From contig OX597821.1 of NCBI GenBank assembly GCA_951406725.2, positions 3,286,001-3,350,000 of the forward strand: a stretch of DNA of 64,000 nucleotides. Direction: 5' to 3'. How positions within the stretch are numbered: position 1 is the first letter of the stretch; each line of letters begins with the position of its first letter. This document shows positions 52,854-64,000 of the stretch, in pieces. The notes under the pieces are model-generated. The model made no database searches, was not told the origin of the DNA, and was given only the letters and a program-made list of their open reading frames with translations. The DNA is from Octopus vulgaris. Its lineage: Eukaryota. The position numbers were made by a program, and so were the translations under genes.

Positions 52854-55800
52854 CCTGTATATATAGAATTTCCTAAGTTATAAGTTATATTTGCTTTTTA
52901 TCACCCTACTTTCATTACAACATTAAATACTCACGATATTCTATCCACGTGACACACCTTATCGTGATTCTAGTCGCTGGTGTATATGACATTGTAGATG
53001 CTTATGGTCACATAACATTCATTTCTTGATTGCTCTGTCTTCTTTTGTTAATTCCCTTCAGATCACTGCATAAGCATACACACACCTTGAACATAAGCAT
53101 ACACACATATTGAGCATAAACATGCACACATCTGCATAATCACACATAATCTGCTTGATTACATATATTTACATACGTGTGCGTGTGTAAGTATGTCTAT
53201 ATGCATTTACATATATCTTATTTCAAATTGTTTTTGTCTGCTTGTCTATGTGTGTGTGTGTGTGTGCGTTTTTTATATGCATATATCAAAAACAAAGAGG
53301 GAAATATTAATGATAAATTGACAGGTTTCATTGTTAAATAAACGTTCATTGTATAAACATGAAGAGATAAATATTTTAAAGCCCTGTCTACATCAGCTTC
53401 CGTTGATAAGGAATAATCATTAGATATATACTTTTTGTTCGTTGATGTTGCCAATAATTGGCTGACGTGAAGTTTTAGTGAATCCGGGCACAAACTAGAT
53501 GAAATGGCATCGGTGAGTGTGCGCATAGCATTGCAAGGAGATTTTTGTTGCTTGAACTTGCATATAAATAACATGGATGTGTGCAAATATTTATTGATAC
53601 ATTTAAATTGTATAGGAGTTAGAAATGTTACAGTTTAGTAGCTTAGAAATTATTACAATGATGAATTGGGGTCAGGAGAGCATGTGAAGTATGGCTAAGG
53701 AATTTGGCAGACATTTTACAGCTTTGTGTATCAATCTTTGTAACATCCATTCAGTCCAGCGTTCTGTAGATTTATAAAATATTAATGGAATCGACAGAGA
53801 GAAAAAGGGAGACGATTGTGATTAATGAAGCCGTCTGACATAATTGATTGCCCTCCTTACTATTGTTACTTTTTTCCCTCCAGAAGGTTTTCCAATAATA
53901 ATCTCTTCATGATATATCAACGAACTCATACAAATTATGCATTTATTTATACACACGCACACAATACCTCGCACTCATTCAGTCACGCACACATATAACT
54001 GTGTAGAACGAGAACAATGTAGAACGTTGATGCGTAGCATAATGTATTTGTACATTCGGCAGAGTAATATACACACATACTCACATACATACTGACATGC
54101 ATGTATATATATCTATATATGTGTGTATATGCTTATCAGTATATATTTGTTTGTTTGTGTGAGTGTATGTATATATGTATATGCATATATCTACGTGTGT
54201 GGAAATAAATATGTGTTTCTGAGAATTGCCAAACATCTGTGTGTGTCTCATTTCAATATATCATAGAAATTTGTAGGGTCTAAGACTAAAATCAAATAAT
54301 TTCGACTGGCCAAATATAGGAAATAAAGATATATGCTGTCTGATGTAAATAAGTAATATATTTAGCAAGACAACACACCAGTTGTGTGAAATGTCTAAAA
54401 TATTTCATAGTGTGAATGCATTATTCTTATAGTATCGACTTGTCTGTTGCTTCGGTCAGGATGTGTCAGATGTTTTACACTGAAATAGCAGCTTATCTCT
54501 CTTTGAAGAATGTCTTTCTTTTTCATGGCTTTCAGATTCATGAAAGAAATATGAATTTAAGAATAATACGAATTAATAAAAGTGTAGAGTTCAGTTCACA
54601 GGACTGATTAAAAGATGTTTCCAACGATGAAAGCTTTTGCTAGCAACAAGAGATAACGTTTTAGTAGACACAAACATTGTTCGTTAGATGGCCATTCTGG
54701 GGTTGACTAAACAAAATATTATCAGAATATAATTTCATTTTCTCACAGTAATGAGTTCTAAACATAGGTACTATATCACACATTGCTCAGGAGGCTTATA
54801 TATTATATCTAACAAACTAGTTGACTTTTTCTTTTCTTTTTTATCGACCGCAGAATAATGAAAAGAATGAACCGAGTCCGTGAGTTCTAAACACAGAAAG
54901 TAAATAAACACAAATATCTGTCATACATCATCTTAACCGACTGTTCCGGCGGTCGCTATTTCTCATAAGAAAACATATCTGAGGTGTATGGTGATTGAAA
55001 AGGAAACGAAAAGAATTAAAACGTTAATTGAATTAAATTGAATTTAAATTGTTTGAAATTGCCAAACATTATACAGAAGAAAATGCATTATATGGACGCA
55101 AATTATATTTTTCCTTTTGATTAATGAAAAACATCAGAGTCAAATATGTTCACTATATTGGAGGAAGAGTTGCATTTATTAAATTATATTTGTAGCTGAG
55201 AGTCACGCTCCAGTCTCTGGCTACAAGCATATTGTCTCTTCTCCCCACAGTTTCTAGTACTACTGTATTGTTATTGTTCCTCAGAGCTGGATGGCTTCAT
55301 GACGCCTTCCCTCAGGTATTCTCCTCCCGTTTACTTTGTCTCCTTTCAATACTTTTGTTTAATCAAAACCGCTGACACACTCTAATCAGTACGCCCAATG
55401 TTCATATTAGAAAATGAATGATCTCTGGATATACACCATATTTAAATATTCTTTTAGGTATTGCACACCCGTTTTAGAGGCTCTTTAATGACAAAAAAAA
55501 AAAGAAAAACAAGAACCATAGGCACTGTGCCTCTCTCTGATTCAACAGGTAGAAAAAGAGAATCAACTTTTCTGTTTATATACACATTTTTGCACCCAAC
55601 AACATGATATAAACTAGAAAATACAATTCCCCTACTTTCTGTTTAATTGTGTATTTGAATTGTGTTTATGTCACTCAGACTATGAATCTTAGTACTGTAG
55701 CATTGTAGATGAATTGAAATGAGGAAAATTGATACGAATGTATTCCACGAGATCAGATAAAATATTTTGCTATGAGAAAGGAAAGTTTCATAACACTTCA

Positions 55801-57345
55801 GGCATTACCCATTGTCATTGAAAACCGGTGAATTGTTTCCTGGCAGTATAATGATTCACTCTGTGAACAATGTATATTTTATATATTTCGATGCAGACCA
55901 TCACAAGGGGTCTTCAAATCTTCCGTTTGCCTTTGACTACTTCCCACCATAAACAGCCATTGGTTTATCAAGACCACTGTATGCGTTTGATTGATGTGCT
56001 ACTTAATTTTATGCAACTTGAGAGATGAGAAGAATCGCTAGTTTAGAAATGATAAATAAATAATTATATAAATAAATAAATGAATTATAAAAAAATTCCT
56101 TATGACTGACGATACGCACGCAAAGCATTGGGCTAATTTTATAGTGCAGTGTCATGGTAAATAAACATTCTAGAGACATAGAGACAATTAAAAATGGATG
56201 CATCAATTTAGATTTTTGCAGGGACATGGTGCTTTTTTAATAAAAATTAATGGAGGTTGTTATAATAACGCTTGAATGTCACATGCACAAAGCTATGCAT
56301 ACACTTGCACGCGTATATATATGGAACCATTCTGCGTGTGCGTATACGATATAAATTTACATGTGGGAAAGTGTTTGTAAATAAGTCAAACATCGTTTTT
56401 AGGTGTGAAAGTACTAGGTACACGGACAGAGATAACTACAAAATGTAGTGCTTTTAGGAATATGCATACACATACATTCAGATATACATATACATACAGA
56501 CATGCATATACATACATATATACATATATACATAAATATGTAGGTACAAACATACATGGATACATACATATTTTAGCTGTTATCAATGAGAAATACCGCA
56601 GCGGAGTAACTCCGATCACATTTTAAGGCCATGGATTCAGTTAAAACACACGCAACATCTGCCACTATGCCGCGCCATGGGACCGCCAGGTCGGGGCAAT
56701 TAAGCAGTATCAGTGTCAAGCAGTTTAGGTTAGTTACAATATATTTGTGTCATATTTCAACTTCTAAAGGCTAATTCAATGCAATTACCGTGGAAAAAGA
56801 TTCCCTTATTGTATTCATATTCACCTAGTACTGTCCCCCTATTGGATTCCCAGGCGCATTTCTAACCCTGTAGCCATTATCAATGTGAAATATCAAATTG
56901 ATGTAAACAGATTTTAAAACCTTACCCAACAACAATGAGTGAGTTGCGCGATAGGGCTCCCAGATAGGAAGAAGTTCAGCAATATTAGCACCAAACATTG
57001 TTTAATCATGAGCAAAAGCTAGGTGAATTAAAATGTCTGCCACATATTTGGTGAGTTAAAATATGTCTGTTACATATTTCAACTGCTAATGGTTTTAGTT
57101 AAAACTATGACTTTAAAATCTGCTCAGAGTTACTCCTCTTCGGTATTTCCCATTGATAACGGCTCTTGACCTTGAAATACATCTGGGAATCTGAAATGGT
57201 GCAGCACTAGACAGATATAGCGTTCGTACAACTTTTACCACAGTAGAATTATTTTTTCTTCACAGCAACTGCATTGAATGTGCCATTAAAAGTTGAAATA
57301 TTTCACAAACATACTTTAACTCACCTAAAGTTTGCTCATACATTC

Positions 57346-57453
<108 letters not shown>

Positions 57454-59232
57454 GTATGTATATAGGTATATATATATGTATATGTATGCATATTGTAAAA
57501 CATTATTATAAAAACTTGTGTGAGCATTTGGTGGTGTCATTCTACTCTGAGAAGAGAGCCAATTTGATTATCACTCTATATTTATATTATTTATATATAT
57601 TCATTGTATGCTAATATGTCGACATATATATGCATGCCTGTATGTGTTTGTTATGTGTCTATTTGCTTGAGCACACACCCAGACGCACGTACACACACAC
57701 ACATGTGAAGGAGAGAAGGAGAGAAAGAGCTATCAATATATATGTAAATGTGGCATTACACTTAGGATTAAATGAAAATGAAGTAAAGTGAATGGAGGAG
57801 GCAGTCATATATTTCAAAATTTGTAGTCATTAATTTGTAGCCATTAGCTGTGCAGTCCAGAGGTTTATTCTTTCGCCAATCGAAATCGATTCACTTAACG
57901 TACAAGTTATATGTCGCGTCCTCCGAGACTATTCATATGATAAATGCCTTGTTTTAATGCTACCAACTGTGTTTTATATTCATGCAAAGTGCCTGCTATT
58001 ACTTCAATACGTTCTTTGATAAAATAGCTAATGGGTGATTTTAAAATCCTGTTTAGTTGTAATTTATCTGGAAGTTTCCCATAATTTCGCGAACACTATA
58101 AATATTTTAGTACGCAAATGAAATTGATTTGATGTAAAATAATCCATTCGATTTACTTGTATTTCTGTCTTATAGTGGAGAGATATTTTCATACATAGAG
58201 TAATCGATTATAAAATGAAAGTTTCTGATAGTAGTACTTAGATGTTTTTAGTCGGTGTGTAGCACCCTAAGTAACTACTAACTTAAGCCGATGTTATTTA
58301 TATTGTTTCTTCGTAAATTTTGATTAGTCGTACATATTAAAGATTATAAGTTCTAAAGATGGTATTTGTGGTGGCTTAGTTTAGAAAATGTTCCATTATT
58401 TATCTTGTATAAAGTGATAAAATTTTATAGCGCATTCCCATGACATGCTTCTACTTCAATATTCATACAATCAAACAAAATTTTATGTGAACAAACGCTA
58501 CACTTTACAAGGATCACTGAAATCGTCCTCCCCTCGTCGATGTTAAAACTAAATCATGTATTTTATATATTACATTGCAAATTTAAGTCAAACAGTGGCT
58601 TAGTGATATAAAATCGTGTTATACATGTTATAATCAATGCTTTCACTACTTACTGAAGCTGGTTATTGCCGCTTTAGGCTTTTATTTTTCAGTGAATTTT
58701 GTTCACAAATTACGACGTTAACAAATTTTATTTTCAAATAACCGCAGAAGATTGTTTTCACGTACTCCAAGGCCAAATTGCGGTCACAGTTTTTTAATGG
58801 CTTATTCATCAGTATATTAGAGGTGAATATGTAAGGTGATAGAATTATAATGAAATTAGTTTACCAAACCGTATTAACAAGTCGTCTTTGGTCCGCACTG
58901 ACTTTAAACACACTCAGGCTCTAAGCAAACACTTTTCTATAATATGAATGTCAGTGAAATAAGGAGCATCTGCCTCATCACAGGATTTACAAAACAGAGC
59001 TATGAATTTACTCTTCATATTCCAGACTAACGTCTTAAACTGCTGTCGACAGCTATTTAAGATAAAGAAATATTCAATAAGGATTTCTCAATAACAACCT
59101 GAATGAAAAGTATAGAGACGATTAATCCTGTGTTCATTTCGTCAGGGCTGACTGGGCTTAACATCAAATGCAAGAAATAAATTAGGCACCATTTCCACAC
59201 TCCAAAGCGATGAAAAATCACAATCATAACAA

Positions 59233-61247
59233 CTCTGGGAGAAGGGGATGATTTGATTACATTGATCCCCAGCGTTCAAAAGATACATATTCTATCGAGC
59301 GCGATAACATGAAAGATAAATTTGACCTCCGCGGAATTTGAAATCAGAGCTTGAAGACAGACGAAATACCTATTTCTTTACAACCAACAAGGCGCTAAAC
59401 ACAGAGAGGACAAACAAGGACAGACAAACGGATTAAGTCGATTATATAGACCCCAGTGCGTAACTGATACTTATTTAATCAACCCTGAAAGGATGAAAGG
59501 CAAAGTCGACCTCGGCGGAATTTGAACTCAGGACATAAAGACAGATGAAATACCGCTAAACAATTTGCTCAGAGTGTTTAGGATTCTACCTGCTCGCTGC
59601 CTTACGTAACATATTATTTTCACATTTTGCTACATGGCCAGCAACATCTTGGGAGAAGGTGAGTTGATCGCAACGACTCCAGTGCTCAACTGGTACTAAT
59701 TTTATCGAACAGGAAATAATGAAAAGTAAAGCCGACCTCGGCGGAATTTGAGGTCAGAAGATAAGAACGGACGAAATGCAGTTAAGCATTTTGCTCGTCG
59801 TGTTTACGATAATGCCATCTCGCCGCCTTACGTAAGCGCTTAAAAAGCACATTCGTAATTAAGAGGGCGAGTAAGTAATACACCGGGAAAATACATAGCG
59901 GCATTCCTTCCGTCTTTAGGTTCTCAGTTCAATTTCGCCGAGGCCAACTTAGCATTTTATCATTTTGAGGTCCATGACGTAGTAGCTAAATACTCAGGTT
60001 GATTTAATCAACTTATCTCCTTCTCCTAAATTTCGGCCATTATGGTAACATTTTAAACCAATATTAATTATAGAAATAAGGTGAATTCCATAATGATTTG
60101 GAGAGTTTCGATAATGAAACATTCTATATTTAATTGGTTTGTCCTTAAATCGCAAATATTGTGATTGAAATGGTAGCTATTATCAGTAGTTTTGCGTAGA
60201 TATATCTATCATGACGGGTTTTTTGTTCTGATTTTATACTTATAACATTTAGAAGTGCTTCACCATCTAATCATGTCTCCAGAAATGGATCTTGTCAACA
60301 AGTTAACTCTAAAAACAGCTGCGTTTAGCGGTCCATTCCTAATAATTGTCAGTTTAGCAAAATATAGTCTACCATAGTCAGAAATCTGCTAAAACTTGGA
60401 GAAATAATTAATATTTATTCTATTGCCTAGTTTTTCTTCACTTTAACGTAACACATGCTTGCAAAAATCTATATATAATTCATATATGAATTATTTGGGA
60501 AATTATGACAAATTTTTCGAAAAACCCCAAACAGTGATCGCTGAAAAAAAAGCATATCTATCCTTTTCTATTCAATTGCAGTTATGAACATCTTGGTTTT
60601 TTGAAAATAATGCATCAAATGCGAATCTGCATGAAATATCAATGAATGATTTTAAAAAAAATTGTTTTCAAAACAGTCAATATTTTTATAGTTCCAAATT
60701 TGCGATTGATGACATAACATGTCCTTTAGAATTAGCCAGAGCTAATATTGGATAAACTTTAAACTACTAAATATTGTTAAAATTACCTCTGCAAAAACAA
60801 TGTACATAAGCAATTCATTTTAATTCCTTTATTGCCCACAAGGGGCTAAACATAGAGAGGACAAACAAGGATAGACAAAGTGATTAAGTCAATTACATCG
60901 ACTCCAGTGCGTAACTGGTACTTATTTTATCGACCCCGAAAGGATGAAAGACAAATTCGACCTCACGGGAATTTGAACTCAGAACGTAGCGGCAGATGAG
61001 ATATCTATTCTTTACTACCCACAAGGGGCTAAAGGAGCTAAACATAGAGAGGACAACCAAGGACAGACAAACGGATTAAGTCGATTATATCGACTCCAGT
61101 GAGTAACTGGTACTTATTTAATCGACCTCGAAAGGTTGAAAGGCAAAGTCGACCTCGGCGGAATTTGAACTCAGAACGTAGCGGCAGAAAAAATAGCGCT
61201 AAGCATTTCGCCCGGCGTGCTAACGTTTCAGCCAGCTCGCCGCCTTA
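59233..61247 (-). mobile_element. Cluster of Nin-domain SINEs (about 59233-59603 dimer, 59630-59829, 59860-60060 on plus strand, 60830-61247 dimer)
   Basis: Repeated AAAGTCGACCTCGGCGGAATTTGAACTCAG units. Minus-strand heads at about 59603, 59829 and 61247. Confidence 0.8.
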
Positions 61248-63164
61248 AAGCGACTCATTTTAAATAAAACGAAACACCGCCAATGAGATTGCTTTTAGTA
61301 GATCCCCAAATGACGCTCATGGCAAGCAGTGGGTTAATTAATAGCGACAGAAGAACTATTAATGACAAATTGTAATAATTATCTCTACTTAATCATAATG
61401 CCGTAACCAGTTGTATCAAGCGCTAATCTTGAAGAAAATAGAAGCTCAAGGAAGGGAGCATGACATGCATTTCTGCTACTTGTGTTCTGTGCGTAATGAT
61501 TCCTGCAACGACGCGGGTTTCGAACTCCAGAAAAATTGTCTTCACTTTGCTCAGCACCGCACGTGTGGTGAAAAGGGAAATAGACAAGAAAGTATGGGAA
61601 AATATTGCGTGAACATGGCTACAAGTAACAAATCCTTCTAGGTTTGCTGGGGCCTTAACTGCTGGAGCAGCGAATTCAGATACTAGAGTCGAAAAATAAT
61701 TTGCAAATGGAAAACAACAATTTGAGTTGATGTCATAGACTGCATGCCTTTGACGTATCTTGACTACATTTCAATATTTGAAATTATTAATGAAGTATAA
61801 GATAAAAAAAAATTACAATTGTTTATAATATTATGACGCACGATCTCCAGCATATGTAGCAGCATTTACGTCATGATATTCCGTAAAAAAACTGCAGATG
61901 TTGACATAGGTAATAATTCTTGTATCGTAATATTAAATAGTTTTCGAAACGCATACATTTGAATATATACATATACATACTTACATACTAACATGCACAT
62001 ACATACGCATATACATATATGTATGTAATATGTATGTATACATAGAATTACATATTACCTCATATAAATGCATGTGTATTTTAGCATATGTTGTTTTTCA
62101 TTTTTGTACATATTTCTAGTGAATGTGTATTTTATGTGAGCACACACAGACACACACACCACACATACGCGCACACAAATACACAAACACATACACACAG
62201 AAACACACATACACACAGAACACGCACAAATACATACACATATAATAAATATAAATATTCACATACACAATCATAGATCTAGATGTGCTTTCACGAAGCA
62301 AGTTCTTGTAAGAGTACAATTATTTTTTTCCTTTTTAATGTACTAAATGCCATTTGTCAGTAACACACACTCTCTACCTCTCTCTCTCTCTCTCTTTCCC
62401 ACTGTCTGCGTGTATGTGTGTCTGTCTGCCTATCTCTCTCTCTTTCTCAATCAGAGTGTTTGTCTCTCTTTCTCACACACACACACACAATCTCCTCTTC
62501 CTCTCTGATTCTCTTCTTTCTTTATCATTCACTATTTCTCACACGCTCTCTACCACTGTCTCCCACATTCTCTAGATTTGTTTGTTTGTGTGTGTCCACC
62601 ACATAAAGAAACTAGTTGAAATTAAAACCTGATATATAGGAAAAGAAAATATATTTTCTACGGAATTACGTTGTAAAATATTTCATAAAAATATATTTCA
62701 TATACTGTAAAGTAAGACAGCCAGTCGGCTAATCAATTACATTATTTTCTATCTTCCCAAAGGCCACTCAATTTGGATTTTATTGTATCCCAGCAATAGT
62801 GTTCATTATGAAATTTGCCAAAGGATTTTCACTGAGTTAACGAAGTATATTTTTTAGGCAACAATATCACATAAAACAATGACTTGTATTTTAGTTCGAA
62901 TTGTAATTTTATTTTTGGTTTTTGTTTTTTCATTTTACACCACCATATTGGTGTAAACACGAGATGTGAATTTAACTTCAAGAAATAAGAAATTTAACAT
63001 GTTGTACTATCGTACATATTTATTCAACTGAAAATATTCTGATCTACAATATTCCAAGTACATGTAAAAAGATTCGATATATCAATCATACTAATTGTTG
63101 GAGGGATATGCAACTGGAACAACAACAACAATTCCATACTTAGCCACAAGGGCTCACATAAAAT

Positions 63165-64000
63165 AGTATTAAATTACATACAGCAACATACAAGACAAAA
63201 ACGGGACAGTACAATGGGTTTTATACCAAGTAAACAATATAAATAACAAAGTTAAACAAATTAAAACTCTCAACAAGGAAGGCGCTTTAACGTCCTCGTA
63301 GAAAACCCCACAAAAGCCACGCGTGACTTGACCATCAGAGCAAGAGCCCTTCTCTTTTAATTCCTTTTTTTTTACAGGTGCCCGCTCAGAATTGGTCCTT
63401 TCACACTGGCCATTATTCCAACATTCACCCACTTTTAAACAAAGTTGCTACAAGGCAACACTTCCCTCTCCACCCTCAACTACCGTTTCAAGTGAAACTT
63501 GAAAAAGTTGATGAAGGCTTCACCAAAGAGGAAAGTGTCTTCTTTAACCCTTTCAGGCGAGTCCACCACGCCACCTCTTTCGCTACAGCCACTAGACAAA
63601 TAAAAATTGCCTGCCCCAACCCGGCCATCTTCATAAAGGATTCAGCTGATAACTGCATCTGTCCTACAGGTGACAGCAGATGTTCGACATAAACTCACCA
63701 GCCTGCAAAACTCGGGGACTGGACTAGGGCGTGCAGAACAGCTTCTCTGTTCTTGGCGCACTTCAGGAAGGACCGGCTGACGGCACTTCCGTGCTTGTTT
63801 ATCCCGAACAGGCAGGTCGCCTCAGTAGCACTGATAGGCAAGGGATTTCTGGAAGTTATCCATATGCACAGGCCCGAAAGTTCTCCGAAGCAAACCAGTT
63901 AGTTGATCTTCATCGACGCCCAGATTTTCCCCGAGAACGCTAGAGTTGAACTACCACCGACCGCATTGCTCTCCTGGCGGAGGTCTGTGAGCGCTGGACG
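63165..64000 (-). mobile_element. L1/Tx1-type LINE 3' end, decayed ORF2 C-terminus; continues beyond the window
   Basis: GC-richer block translating to MDNFQKSLAYQCY*GDLPVRDK...EAVLHALVQSP...AVAKEVAWWTRLKG...INFFKFHL (zf-RVT/CCHC-like region), with frameshifts and a T-rich 3' UTR. Confidence 0.65.

Overview
AT-rich eukaryotic intronic or intergenic DNA packed with (TA)n, (CA)n and (AAT)n microsatellites and tRNA-derived SINEs. The SINE repertoire suggests an octopus genome (inference). I found no convincing host protein-coding exon, and nearly all listed ORFs are microsatellite artefacts. The dominant feature is a 10.3-kb Penelope-like retroelement (PLE) insertion at 42190-52463 on the minus strand. 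It consists of a full-length copy (RT plus C-terminal GIY-YIG endonuclease, about 713 aa after repairing two 1-nt frameshifts), a 5'-truncated tandem copy and an inverted terminal repeat. Each terminal repeat carries a minimal type-I hammerhead ribozyme (HHR). The unexpected signal is five further, mutually unrelated, short non-coding elements (about 35-672, 23631-24574, 31054-31378, 33639-34100, 36275-36585), each containing its own HHR fold and lying in or beside a (TA)n tract. Three of them have PLE-style inverted segments, and two show terminal redundancy or circular permutation consistent with a circular or concatemeric RNA template (retrozyme-like). The rest comprises mariner relics, a Tc2/pogo-like MITE, RTE and L1/Tx1 LINE fragments, and several SINE families with swapped 3' modules.
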